From NCBI GenBank assembly GCA_964016885.1, contig OZ024744.1, forward strand, positions 56,358,001-56,422,000: 64,000 nucleotides of DNA. The letters run 5' to 3'. The translations under genes and the position numbers were made by a program. This document shows positions 29,015 to 41,845 of the stretch, piece after piece. The first letter of the stretch is position 1, and every line of letters begins with the position of its first letter. This stretch comes from Eledone cirrhosa (lineage: Eukaryota). The notes beneath the pieces are model-generated. The model saw only the letters and a program-made list of their open reading frames with translations, had not been told where the DNA came from and ran no database searches.

Positions 29015-29870
29015 ATCTGTGGAAAAGCTTGAGAAGAAATTTCTAATGTGGAAACAGAAATTAGAATCAAAAGGGCCCATGGTAAACCTAGTATGGATCA
29101 AAGTTTTATTAAGTGGACAAGAAGTGGCTGTGCTCCCTATGTAGAAAAGGAGTAAGTAGGAAGTCAATACAATGTATTTATATATGGGTACACAAAAGGT
29201 GTAGTGTGGGATAACTGGCAGACTGGGAGAAAAGATAGACTTGCATGTGGTAGATGCACAGGAATAGTGGTTAGTAAAAGCAGGAGGATACCATAGTAGT
29301 TGATAGCTTCTGTTACTTAGATGATTCAATTGTCAGTAGAGGAGATTGCTCTGAAAACATAGTAGCTAGAATAAGAAGAGGTTGGAAAAAGTTTAGGGAG
29401 CTAGTATCTTTGCAACAACAAAGGTTTTTTTCTTTACATGTAAAGAGTAGACTGTATGATGCCTATGTAGGATGTGTAATGTTGCAAGGTTATGAAATGG
29501 GGGCAGTAAATGATGATGATAATGTGGAGGCTGGAAAGAAATGAAATGAGCATGTTCAATTAGATGTGTAATTTAGTGTGCATGAATGACAGTGTGTGGA
29601 GGATCTGAGAGAAAAATTGGGTAAAAGAGGAGTTGGATGCTGATATGGACACATGATGTATAATGATGATGAATGCTGGGTGAAGAAGTGCCAGAAGATG
29701 CCAGTGGAACAAAGCTGCAGTAGAAGAAGACTGAGAAAATCCTGGGAAGTGGTGTTTAGAGCTGGCTTCAGAATGCTGAACCTCGCAGAAGAGATGACAA
29801 AAGAACTATATGAATGGTGGCAGGCTACACAGAAAAGGACCTACCTAACCTACTGTAAGAATAGAAAATA
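29015..29870 (+). mobile_element. old RTE LINE 3' fragment
   Basis: Decayed similarity to the RTE C-terminal region. Confidence 0.7.
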
Positions 29871-30059
29871 TATGTATGCATGTATGTATGTATGTATGTA
29901 TGTATGTATGTATGTATGTATGTATGTATGTATGTATGTATGTATGTGTGTGTGTATGTATGTATGTATGCATGTATGTATGTATGTGTGTATGTATGTG
30001 TGTATGTATGTGTGTATGTATGTATGTATGTATGTATGCATGTATGTATGCATGTATGT

Positions 30060-31215
30060 TACTGGTAACATGTAACCCAGTACAACCTGTCACATGGTCG
30101 GGTCGTCGACGACTAAACTGACAACCCCACCAAGTTTAGTTGGTGAGGAGGGTGATTTTGGACACCCTGCAGGACAAAAAACAAAACCTGACAAAGGGCG
30201 GAAGAACTCATAAGAGTCAACGGCCATCCAAAAGTGTGTAAATATGTGTATACACATGCACATATGTATGTATATGTATATGTGTATATACATGGGTGCA
30301 TGTGTATGTATATGCACGGGGACATAGAAATAGTCGGGCTGGACACCCGATCGCGTGGTTAAACCACTGGGAGTGAAGGACCCCTAGCCTTTGTCAGGGC
30401 ATTCTTCTAGTAGGCAACTCAGGAAGCTGGGATAACTCTGATATAAAACCTGCGGCTCAGTAGTTACCAATGATGTTGACCTTTTCTTCTTTTCGGGTTA
30501 TAGCTACTGTCGCTCAGAGAGTGGGATTGGCTCAGTGTACAGTCTTTCCTCACTTTAAAAAATATCTTCACGCACAGGCATTGCACGATAGAATTAATTA
30601 ATAATTATTAATAATGGTATATCGTGCAATGGCCATACTCGATAACGAGGGGGCAGCCATCATGCATGTATGTGTGTATGTATGTATGTGTCAGGTTGCT
30701 CTCGAGTGCTACTGGTAACATGTAACCCAGTACAACTTGTCTCATGGTCAGGTCGTCGGCGACTAAATCGACAACCACACCAAGCTACCTTGGTGAGGAG
30801 GGTGATATTTGGACACTCTGCAGGATGACATACAAGACCCGGCAAAGGGTGGAGGAACTAAGCAAAGTCAACGGCCATCCAAATAGTACTTTTTTTTTTT
30901 TCATCTGGGAGGGAAAGGCCCCCAGTTGTTGTCACAACACTTTCCTGGAGAGGGAAACTCTGGAAAAAACTTGCGGCTTTGGAAGCATCCGATGATGTTG
31001 ACCAGTTCTTCTTTTCGGGTAGTGTCTGCGATGCTCAGAGAGTGAGATTGGTCTAGTGCAAGGCCTTACCCCACTTAAAAACACCCTCAAAACACAGGCA
31101 TTGCTTGTTCAGGATATGTTACAGGTTTGTGTGGCTGGCCGTAGCCTAAAAGTGCACCAAACTCTATAATCTGACCAGCGATTGCAGAACTCTTAGCAGA
31201 GTTTGCAGCCATTAT
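30060..31215 (+). mobile_element. two diverged tandem copies (~600 bp) of a non-coding repeat, possibly RTE 5'UTR-derived
   Basis: tactggtaacatgtaacccagtacaac.. at 30060 and 30711; shared 3' parts; (ATGT)n spacers. Confidence 0.55.
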
Positions 31216-31499
31216 GTATGTATCTTTGTATGAATGCATATATGTATGAATGTGGGTATGTGTGTATGTGTGTGTGCATATGTCCTTGTTTATGTCCAAT
31301 AACCTAGTGGTTTGACAAAAGGAGATTGATAAAACACATATCAGACTTGAAATAAATGAATACTGATATTGATATGATCAACTAATTCTCTTCAAGGTGA
31401 TGTCTTAGCATGGCTGCACACACACACATCATCATCATGGGGCAGAGTGTTAGGACGTGGGTGCTGTATGGAAGGGGGGGGGATGGAAGCGAAGGTGGT

Positions 31500-31850
31500 G
31501 CATACTAGATGTATGCTTCAGCTTGTGTTAATGGGAAAGCAGGTCTTCTGTATTACTGAGTAACGCCAGACATCTCAATCCTTCATCATTACCTTTCAGA
31601 GGTGCAATTGGGCAAGGTCAGCTTTTATCACCTCATCCCAAGTCTTCCTGGGTCTCCCCACTCGAAGGCTTCCATCAACTTTCAGCAATCTGCACCTTTT
31701 TATACAGCTGTCATCTTTCATATGCATCACATGTCCATACCAATGCAATCTCCTCTTCTGAACACTGCATCTGATTCCTCTTATGCCTAGTTTCTCTCTT
31801 AGTTTATGCTTTGCCATTGACATATATTACTTTTACATATCCATTGGAGC
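31500..31850 (-). mobile_element. RTE LINE 3' fragment
   Basis: ORF 31596-31823 with [17 protein letters not shown]. Confidence 0.85.
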
Positions 31851-32109
31851 ATACAACCTCTCTAGTGTTGCTGATCTACACAATAAACGTACCCAGTACA
31901 TATTGGGAGGACCCTTTTGTCGTGTCAAAGATATGACTTCTCCTGTGCACTTGGTAAAATATGAAACCATACATAAGCAAAATGCAGATCCCTGGTCTGT
32001 CTGGGGGATCAGCAGCCCTGGTTCAGTACTGACTTAGTCTATGTAGAGCCATTTAACCCTTGCTAGCAGGGAAAGCAGCATTAGAATGAGGATAATGATG
32101 ATAGTATAT

Positions 32110-32497
32110 CATCATCACTGTTTTACGTCCATTCTTCCACGCAAGCATGGGTTAGATGGGTTGTCCTGTTGTGGGCAATGTCCAGTTGGCTGACTTTGTA
32201 TTGCTCATATGGGAACTGATTCTGGCTTGATTTCTACAGCTGGATGCCCTTCCTAACATCAACCTCATTTACAGTGAGTGATGGGTGCTTTTTTGCCGTG
32301 GCACCTCCACGACCACTTTGCAGTAGAATGATAGGGACCCCAGTCCCTATCATCTCATTTCTACAGCTGAGTAAACTGAAGCAATGTGAAATAAAGTGTC
32401 TTGCTCAAGGAAACAACACATCACCCGGTCTGAGAATTGAACTCACAACCTTTCGATTGCAAGCCCAATGCTATAACCACTAAGCCATGTGCCTTCA
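32110..32497 (-). mobile_element. tRNA-head, CORE-like SINE with RTE-type 3' tail (other copies 40002-40400, 36975-37210, 45330-45452)
   Basis: gaaggcacatggcttagtggtta..gagttcaattctc..ccttgagcaagacacttt, then the RTE 3' module ttaggaagggcatccagctgtagaaa..(GAT)n. Confidence 0.75.
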
Positions 32498-32508
32498 TTG
32501 ATATGTAC

Positions 32509-32580
32509 CTCCGCGGCGGGGAATCAAACCCCGGTCTCCCGCGTGACGAGTGGGAATACTTACCCCTATACTACCGAGGA
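32509..32580 (-). tRNA. tRNA-Asp(GTC)-like copy, probably a pseudogene
   Basis: 72 nt TCCTCGGTAGTATAGGGGTAAGTATTCCCACTCGTCACGCGGGAGACCGGGGTTTGATTCCCCGCCGCGGAG; anticodon GTC at 32547-32545; deviant T-loop (TTTGA), D-loop and position 32/33. Confidence 0.8.
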
Positions 32581-32614
32581 TGTATATATATATGTACATA
32601 TATATATATGTATA

Positions 32615-33447
32615 TATGAAATAAATAATTTATCGCTCTATGTTGAATACAATAAATGTAATCTGAGTTTTTTGAATATTAATAATAATATTTGATTTGT
32701 TTGCAATTATGCAAACAGTCTCTTTAAAGCCATGTCAGTAGAATGACTATGTTATTCTTGCACTTGTGTTGGCATGTAAACAGAACTGCAAACTCTAATG
32801 TTTCTAAGTGATTACTCTTCATCAGTACAGCTCACTGTTTACCTGCCAACTGTCAGAGCTAGTGAAAATATATGATACTATCTAAAATATACAGTGACTG
32901 ATCGGCCTGATTTGCATATTAGCAGACTGGCTGACCAGTCAGATCTGCATATTAGCAAACCCACTGATTTGCATATCAGCAGATAGGCCAGTCAGTTTCA
33001 TGTATACGAGCAATTAATGGCTGGCTTTGCCATATTCAATATATACAGTGACTGATCAGCCTGATTTGCATATTAGCAGACTGTCTGATCAGTCAGATCT
33101 GCATATTAACAAACCCACTGATTTGCATATTAGCAGACTGTCTGATCAGTCAGATCTGCCTATTAGCAGATAGGCCAGTCGGTTTCATGTATACGAGCGA
33201 TTAATGGCCGGCTTTGCCATATTCAAATAACTAACAAATAGTTTTGTTAGAGCAAGAAAGATGGGGTCATTCTACTGACATGGCTTTAAGAGGCTGTTTG
33301 CATAATTGCAAATGAATTGAATGTTATCATTAATATTCGAAAAACTCAGATGACATTTATTGTATTCAGCCATGTAGAGTGATAAGCTATTTGTTAGTTA
33401 TTTGAATATGGCAAAGCCAGCCATTAATCACTCGTATACATGAAACA
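32615..33447. mobile_element. fold-back non-autonomous Penelope-like (pLTR-derived) element in (TA)n
   Basis: Inverted arms about 32625-32747/33266-33390 and 33183-33241/33386-33445; internal HHR; octamer-containing tandem repeats. Confidence 0.65.
32776..32842 (-). ncRNA. minimal type I hammerhead ribozyme motif
   Basis: gtaaacagtgagctgta-CTGATGA-agagtaatcactta-GAAAC-attaga-GTT-tgcagttctgtttac; stem I pairs over about 16 bp. Confidence 0.65.
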
Positions 33448-33760
33448 TTTATATATATATATCAAAAGTATATATTGAGTTAGAAACTCAAAGTAGTCTC
33501 TTACAATTAAATAGTTCAAGGAAAAAAATTTTTTGTGGGCCATGTAATATAATTCAATATAATAAAGAGAGATAAACACAAATATATACATATATGTGTT
33601 CAAATCGTACGGGACCAGATTCGCTAGGGTGAATACTAACTAGTTAGTATCTTATTCCCCCTAGCGAATCTGGTCCCTTACAATTTGAACACATATATGT
33701 ATATATTTGTGTTACAATGATATTAAATAAATGGAAACTATATTTATAAAACCATATTTA

Positions 33761-33820
33761 TTTTATTATATATATTTCAAGGGTACCAAGACAACATTGG
33801 TATGCTTTCATCAGATAAAA
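33761..33820 (-). ncRNA. minimal type I hammerhead ribozyme motif
   Basis: ttttat-CTGATGA-aagcataccaa..ttggtaccctt-GAAA-tatata-TA-ataaaa; palindromic stem III. Confidence 0.6.
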
Positions 33821-33995
33821 TACAAAGTTTGTTTTATAAATAGAGACCCATGAAAAGTATACCTTATCGGTTGGAAATTCACTGGATAGTAGTTTAATAT
33901 CATTGAATATTTACTCCAGTAATCTGTTGAGTGCTCTAAATCAGTTATAAACATTTATATTTGTCGGACTTCCAACAAATTAAATACCCCTTCTA

Positions 33996-34055
<60 letters not shown>

Positions 34056-34056
34056 T

Positions 34057-34471
34057 TTTGACTTAACTCCAGACATTTGGCATCTTCAAGATGAAAACAT
34101 GTTATATATATATTATGAAGTGTATTTGGGGAAAGCATAACAAGATGGTTCGGAGGCATGTTGCTAAAGGCCTCCATACATTGGTTTAGTTTGCAGGGTA
34201 GTGACATGGTGGTGTTGATAAGTCTGTGGCAACATGAGGAAGTTTTCATCTTGGTGGGTCCATTAATCTCAGTAGAATCCAGCGACATCGGGTATGTGTT
34301 CTCATTGGCATCCTGGTGGCATCCAACTTGCATGTAAATGTGGAGCAGAAAGACAGCTAGACCCAGCATTCATACCATGAAAATACCAATGTCACACCCA
34401 CCAGACTTATCAATGTCACCAGGATGTCAATGTTGTCATCTTGAAATGCTGGTAGTGTGAAGTTAAGTCAA
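34057..34471. mobile_element. degenerate inverted-repeat element
   Basis: ttgacttaact..catcttcaagatgaaaacat / atgttgtcatcttgaaatg..agttaagtcaa, plus an inner pair at about 34202-34226/34403-34430. Confidence 0.5.
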
Positions 34472-34593
34472 TATAAAATGGCCAACTAAATATGCATGTG
34501 CATGTTTTTTTCTCCCCAATTTTGTTCTCTTATTTCCCCTGTTCCTTCCTCTCATCACCTTTTACTTTCTATTTATCTTCTACCTCTAACTCT

Positions 34594-34631
34594 GTCTTCT
34601 GATGAAGGACTAGTGTCTAAAACGTTAAGAC
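34594..34631 (+). ncRNA. decayed hammerhead motif (GAAA mutated to AAAA); related copies at 16363-16395 (-) and 27918-27950 (+)
   Basis: gtctt-CTGATGA-aggac tagt gtct-AAAAC-GTT-aagac; downstream tail (ttcaagYgttaaactaatatatttcttcc) shared with the 16.3-kb copy. Confidence 0.55.
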
Positions 34632-35166
34632 TCTCTTCCTCCTATTTCAAGTGTTAAACTAATATATTTCTTCCATGTGCTGTGCCATTTGTTTTGTTAT
34701 TTTTGTTATTACTTTTACACACACACACACACATATATATAGTAATAGTATAATGATTGTCAGTAAATAAATGTATTAAACTAAGATTTGATTGTTTTAA
34801 CACTTTGTATATATATATATATGTGTGTGTAGGGCAAGGAGAGAGAGAGGAAGAGGAAGAGAGAGAAGGTAGAGTGACAGACAAAGATAGAGAGTGAGGG
34901 ACAACTTCCCGATACAGTGTTTTTCTTTGTAATATATATATATATATATCATCATCATCATCACTATTTTACGTCTTTTCTTCCACACTAGCACATATAT
35001 ATATATATTAGTCAACTAGCATATATATATTAGTCAACTACAGAACCTTTAATTTTCATGCATGCTTTTAACTAATATAAATGACTTCTTAGAAATGGCA
35101 TGAGAGATAGATCTAACAAAGATTATTATGAAGATTTCTTTTATATGAACAATACATAATCCTTAC

Positions 35167-35260
35167 CTTGACCAGGATTAACACAGCCTACATTAGAATC
35201 AGAAGTGAATCCTAGCACTGCATATGAATTCAGAATTAACATTCCATTTGCAGAAAAAAC
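35167..35260 (-). CDS. AMN: amnionless-like gene, coding exon 3 (VFSANGMLILNSYAVLGFTSDSNVGCVNPGQ)
   Basis: Acceptor ttttcttaaAG, donor G|GTAAGG, 94 nt, phase 0 to 1. Aligns with the AMN LLPLDGELVL...C segment. Too short for the ORF track. Confidence 0.85.
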
Positions 35261-35439
35261 CTTTAAGAAAACAGAAATCAATGCAGAGTTCTTACTCTTT
35301 AACTGTTGACATACTGTACCATATTAACACGTACATTAACACGTACAAAACAACTCTATGACTGCATCACATTAAATATTTATCTTCTAGTAAAGATACT
35401 ATAAACTTTTGAAATAACTCTTAATGTCTGTACAACATT

Positions 35440-35840
35440 TTACTGGTACTTTATTCTATCACCCTCAGAAAGATGAAAAGCAAAGTTGAGATTGGCAGGA
35501 TTTGATTTTCTGTTACATGTAATAATTGTTTCTACTTCTGGCACAAAGCCAGCAATTAACCCAGTACATTACTGGTACTTTATTTTATCAACCCTGTAAG
35601 GATGAAAGGCAAAGTTAACCCCTGTGAGTTAACTTTGCTTTTCCATGTAATAATTGTTTCTACTTTTGGCACAAGACCAGCAATTACCCAGTACATTACT
35701 GGTACTTTATTTTATTGACCTCGTAAGGATGAAAGGCAAAGTTAACCTCCGCGGGATTTGAACTCAGACCATAAAGGGCCGTAACTCTTTACTACAAAGC
35801 ATGGTGTCCGACCCTCTACCGATACTGCCAATCCACCCTA
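35440..35840 (-). mobile_element. tandem SINE copies in the AMN exon 2-3 intron
   Basis: Three partial or complete copies of the same family. Confidence 0.8.
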
Positions 35841-35910
35841 ATAATGTCTGCAAGATTTTCTGGACATGAAAAAAACCAAAAGTTTATTAATTTAATTGCT
35901 ATATACATAC

Positions 35911-36071
35911 AATCTGTCCCACGGTTGTATTGATATTGATGAATATTGGTGGAGTTTCAGCTGGGATTACCACATGATCATCTCCACATGGGACTCTCCC
36001 AGTATTCCAGTTCAAGTTGTTTCCAAAGTTTGTATTCTGAATCCATCTCTTATAGTGACCATGAACAAATT
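35911..36071 (-). CDS. AMN: amnionless-like gene, coding exon 2 (EFVHGHYKRWIQNTNFGNNLNWNTGRVPCGDDHVVIPAETPPIFININTTVGQI)
   Basis: Acceptor tttcAG, donor GTATGT, 161 nt, phase 1 to 0. KxW..NTxF....NW...RxPC matches the AMN N-terminus (human [22 protein letters not shown], from memory). Confidence 0.9.
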
Positions 36072-36104
36072 CTGAAATACATAATTTCAATAAAACCATA
36101 TATT

Positions 36105-36461
36105 ACTGATGATGATGATGATGATGATGATGATCACCATCATCATCATCATCATCCTCATCATTATTATCATCATCGTAATCATCATCATCATCATCAT
36201 CATCCTCATTATTGTAATCATCATCATCATCATCATCACTATCATCATCATCATCATCATCGTCATCATCATCATCGTCATCATCATTATCACCTTCATC
36301 GTTATTATCACCATCATCATCAACATCACCATCACCATCACCATGACCATCATCATTACTATCATCAACATCATCATTATCACCATCACCATCACTATCA
36401 TCATTACTATCATCAACATCATCACCACCATCACCATCATCGCCATCATCACCATCATCCC

Positions 36462-36496
<35 letters not shown>

Positions 36497-36641
36497 CCAT
36501 TATCGTCATCATCACCATCATCACCATCACCATCATCACCACCATCATCACCATCACTATCGTCGTCATCACCGTCGTCATCATCATCACCACCATCGGT
36601 TCCATCACCATCATCATCATCACCATCATCATCATCATCCC

Positions 36642-36700
<59 letters not shown>

Positions 36701-36905
36701 CCATTATCGTCATCATCACCATCATCACCATCACCATCATCACCACCATCATCACCACCATCGGTTCCATCACCATCATCATCATCACCGTCATCGTCAT
36801 CATCACCATCATCATCACCATCACCCCCATCATCATCACCATCACCATCATCATCACCATTGCCATCATCATTACCATCCCCATCATCATCATCATCATC
36901 ACCAT
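36105..36905. repeat. (GAT)n then ~770-bp (CAT/CAC)n microsatellite
   Basis: Direct observation. Confidence 0.95.
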
Positions 36906-38445
36906 TTTACATTCTCTTTTCCTTGATTATTGAATTGTACCTTGAAAGGTGTTTTTATGGAAGACAAGTAATCACCCACGCACCCCAGTGTCTCATCTCT
37001 ATACCACTAATGTTGTCCAAGGGAGAAGAAGTATAAGCTAATAAGGCATGGTACCAGTGTTGCTGCAATTAATTTGTTTCCAGCTCAGCAGACTGAAGCT
37101 ATGAGAAATAAGGTGTCTTACTCAAGGACACAATGCACCACTTGCTTCAGGAATTGATCTTACAACATTATAATCATGAGCCCAACAGCCTAACTAAGGC
37201 ACATGCCTTCATCATCATCATCATCATCATCAACATCATCAACATCATCATCATCATCATTTAACATCAATTTGAGTTGAGTCAAAGACTTGACAACCTC
37301 TCTAGTGTTGGTGATCTACATGATAAATGCACCTAGTGTACCCTATTAAATGGTTGGTGATAGGAAGGGCATCTAGCCATAGAAAGCTTGCCAATCAAAG
37401 GGTTGTTAAGTTACTTTATTTGTGTCAAAGACATGACAACCTCCCTAGTGTTGATGATCTCTATGCTCAAAGCGCACAGTACACTCTGTAAAATAGTTGG
37501 CGAAAGGAATGACATCTAGATGTAGAAAGCTTGCCAAACAAAAGGTAGGGAAGACCCTCCAGTTGTGTCAAAATCATGACAACCTCTTTAGTTTTGGTTA
37601 TCTATATGATACAATGCACTCGGTAGAACGAGGGACCGTATGTAAGCAAGATGTGAACCCCCGGCCTTTCTGGGAGGTTAGTAGCACTGCTTCAGTACTG
37701 ACTCAATCTGTGAAGACCTGTCCAAGCCTTACTAGCAGAGAAAGTGGATGTTAAATAACGATGATGATGATGATGATGATTCTTAAAAGCTTGCCGCAAC
37801 ATAATATATTGTTGCAATAAACTAGATGAAAACTACTGCTTACAATTTAAGGTGGTGTATTGGTAGAGTCATTAGGATATTGGATAGACTAATGCACGGA
37901 ATATGTTCTGGCTTTCTGCACTCTGAGTTCAAGTTCTGCTGAAGATAGTTTCACCTTTCATCCTTTTTGGGTTGATAAATTAAATTACTCGTTCATAGTT
38001 GTGGGTTGGCAGAATTGGTAGAGTGTCAGAAAAGATGATTTGCCATAATTGTTCCAGCACTTTGATTTTTGAGTGTTCAAATTCTGCCTAGGAATTCAGA
38101 TGGCCACTGATGGCCAGAACTAAATACCTGACCATGGGACAACTGATTAGGAAAGCTGTAAGGGGTAGAGATAATTGTGGCTGTCTGTTACTGTGGTCAG
38201 ACCATGATGATGATGGTGATGATAATACAGGGTTAATTGCTTGACCATAGGATCACAGCTGATTACAAAAACTAAAATATGAGGAGGAGGAGGAGGAGGA
38301 GGAGGAGGGTAGCAGTCTGTTACAGTATGATGATGATGATGATGATGATACGGGGCTAGTTACCTGACCACAGGGATCATAACTAAATATGAAAGCTGTA
38401 ATGAGTAGAGGAGGATTGTGGGTGTCTGTTATTGTTGTCAAATGA

Positions 38446-38501
<56 letters not shown>

Positions 38502-39263
38502 GATGATGATGATGATGGTGGTGGTGGTGATGATGATGATGACGATGAGGAGGAGGAGGAGGATAAGAACAGCATGGCTGAGTGGCTAGGATGACATTGG
38601 TCACTGGTTCAAACCTATGGTAAACACTTCATTTTATTGTATTTGCTTTAACGTATTTGATGCCAAAACCCTGAAACTATCCCTAAAAAAATAAATGGGT
38701 TGTAACCTCAAAATATGAAATATAAGGTAAAATTATAAACTGTTGTTCTGTTTTGTTTTCCTTATGTAACTCTACTTTATAGTTTTCACTCTTGAATCTC
38801 TAACTTGCATTGTATTGGCTTTCACCCAAACAATCATAACCACACATCTCACAATGCTTCATATAAACTTTATAAATACAAAACTGTTTAAGATCATTAT
38901 ATCGTCACATAACATTATAACATGTGACCCCATGGCACAACATTGGAACATATGAGATATGACATCATTTTATATCTGGATGACATAAATTAAGCTATGC
39001 TGATACAAGAGAGGAGGTTGCATTGGTATGGACATGTGATGCATATGAAGGATGACAGCTGCATAAAAAAGTGCAGAGCAGTAGAAGTCGATGGAAGCCA
39101 ACTGTAGAAATCAAGCCAAAATCAGTTCCTGTATGAGCAAAATAAGTCAGCCGACTGGGCACTGCCCACAACAGGACAACCCGTCTAACCCATGCTATCA
39201 TGGAAGAATGGACGTAAAATGGTGATGATGATGAATTTATTTGTTAATTTTAGTAATATTTAA

Positions 39264-39592
39264 CCCTTTAGTATTTACATTACTCAATATTTACTATTGT
39301 ATTTTTATGGTTAAGACTTTACCTCACATAATATCGAATCTATGAGATTTTGATATTATTTATTTTGAGAACAATACCTTAATATCAGTATGATTGGCCA
39401 ATTACAGCCAGAACTCTCTCATCTCTTTCTGTTCAAACCAGCTGTAAATGGCTGCTGATACTGATGTTAAGTTATTGTTCTTAAAATAAATAACATCAAA
39501 ATCTCATAGATTCATGTGAGATAATTATCTAAGATAAAACCTTTACCGTGAAAATACAATAGTCAATATAGAGTAATGTAAATACTAAAGGG
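39264..39592. mobile_element. piggyBac-type MITE with long TIRs and TTAA TSD
   Basis: TTAA|CCCTTTAGTATTTACATTACTC ... GAGTAATGTAAATACTAAAGGG|TTAA; arms pair over roughly 130 bp. Confidence 0.85.
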
Positions 39593-40489
39593 TTAAATTA
39601 GAATGGGGCTTTCTAGACTATGAGATCTTAGACTGTTTACCATATAGCTTATATATAAATCCTCTACTGTATATATACTATATATTTCAGAGTTGTATTT
39701 GTTTGTCATGTGACATGAACTGACACTCCTACCCCACCCATGTATTTAAAGTGAAACAATTACATCCTAGTTAGACACATGACAGCCTTAAAACACACAC
39801 ACACACACATACATACAAACAAATACACACACATATCTACACATGCATACACATACACATACACACACACACATATCTTCTACAAGTATATTTACTTTTG
39901 TTTTGTTTCTTGATAGTAGAGTATAGTATAAAATGTCATCAAAGCTTCAGTTATTATATTCATACACATATACATATATATATATGTATATATATATATA
40001 TCATCATCATCGTCATCATCACCGTTTTACGGCCATTCTTCCACGCTAGCATAGGTAAGACAGGTTGTCCTGTTGTGGGCAGTGTCCAGTCAGCTGACCT
40101 TGTCTTGCTCATATGGGAACTAATTCTGGCTTGATTTCTACAGCTGGATGCCCTTCCTAACACCAACCTCATTTACAGTGAGTGCTGGGTGCTTTTTGGC
40201 CGTGGCACCTCTATGACCACTTTGCAGTGGAATGATAGGGACCCCAGTCCTGTCATCTCATTTCTACAGCTGAGTAAACTGGAGCAATGTGAAATAAAGT
40301 GTCTTGTTCAAGGAAACAACCCATCACCCAGTCTGAGAATTGAACTCACAACCTTTCGATTGCAAGCCCAATGCTCTAACCACTAAGCGATGTGCCTTCA
40401 CTATATGTATCTAAGTCTAAAGTCTGTCTTAAGCCAGAAGGCTCATTTGGCCGGTGCTTATCCCGCTATATGTATATATACATATATAT

Positions 40490-41845
40490 ATGCTAAGACT
40501 AAAGTTCTAATTTGTAGGAAAGAAAATAAGGCGCCGGTCCCTTCCGGGAAATGGCCATGTTCAGTGTGTGTAAGGTGTAGGTAGAAACTCCATTTTATGT
40601 CCCAAATGCAAAGTATGGGTGCATAAAAGATGTAGTAGGATCACAGGTAAGCTAACTAAGAACACAGATTTTACATGTGGCCGGTGCTCTGGTGCAATAA
40701 GTAGCAGCAAGTGCCCACAAAATACTAGCTCTTTCAATTGCGCAGAGGGTTCTATAGAAATAGTGGACAGTTTCCGTTACATGGGTGACAAAATCAGCAG
40801 TGGGGGAGGGTGCTCTGAAAGTACAGTAGCTAGAGTCAGAACTGGATGGAAAAAGTTCAGAGAGCTTATACCACTATTAGCCGCTAAAGGGTTCTCCCTA
40901 AAAATGAAAGGCAGGTTGTATGATGCCTGCATACGAACAGCAATGTTGCATGGCAGTGAGACCTGGGCATTGTGTGCAGAGGATATACACAGACTAGAGA
41001 GGAACGAAGCTTGCATGCTCCGCTGGATGTGTAATAGTAATATACGTGAACGGCAAAGCATAAACGAACTAAGGAAAAAATTAGAAATAAGAGGGATCAG
41101 ATGTTGTTTACTCGAGAGAAGGCTACGTTGGTATGGTCACGTGATGCACATGAAAGACGATAGCTGTATAACAAAGTGCAGGGCAATAAAGATAGATGGT
41201 AGCCACGGAGTAGGCAGACCCAGAAAAACCTGGGACGAGCTGATAAATTCCGACCTCACACACTTACACCTCTCCAAGACAATGTCACTGGACCGAGACC
41301 TTTGGCGGTACTCAGTAACAGAGAAGACCCGCCTTACCTAAATACAAAGTAAAACCTACTACAGTCAGTAGGCATCTCTAACAAAATACACCCTCGTCCC
41401 ACCACCCCCACCCCATCCACACCGCCCCTTTCAATGCAAAGTTAAGTTGGTGCCACAACATCCAGGCCGAAACAAATGAGATCGTGTAGGTGTCACGACA
41501 AAAAACACACAGTCCACGCTGTAATGTGGCCATGTAGGCAACACGGTAAAAACCTCCCAGTCCCACACTGTAAATGTGGTTGGTGTTAGGAAGGGCATCC
41601 AGCTGTAGAAAACCCACCAGACAGTCCACGCTGTAATGTGGCCGTGTAGGCAACACGGTAAAAACCTCCCAGCCCCACACTGTAAATGTGGTTGGTGTTA
41701 GGAAGGGCATCCAGCTGTAGAAAACCCGCCAGACGGTCCTATGCGAGCAAGACAACCACTCTTGCCTCAAGTGGGAAAACCCTCGTCCAAACCCATGCAA
41801 GCGTGGAACATGGACGTTAAACGATGATGATGATGATGATGATGA
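40490..41845 (+). mobile_element. young 5'-truncated RTE LINE, same subfamily as 56252-59732
   Basis: 240-aa ORF nearly identical to the C-terminus of the 991-aa ORF; its 3' UTR carries a ~112-bp tandem duplication (41509-41730). Confidence 0.92.

Noticed and set aside
35946-36933. 326-aa His-rich protein
   Set aside because: (CAT)n microsatellite; the only complex part is antisense to AMN exon 2.
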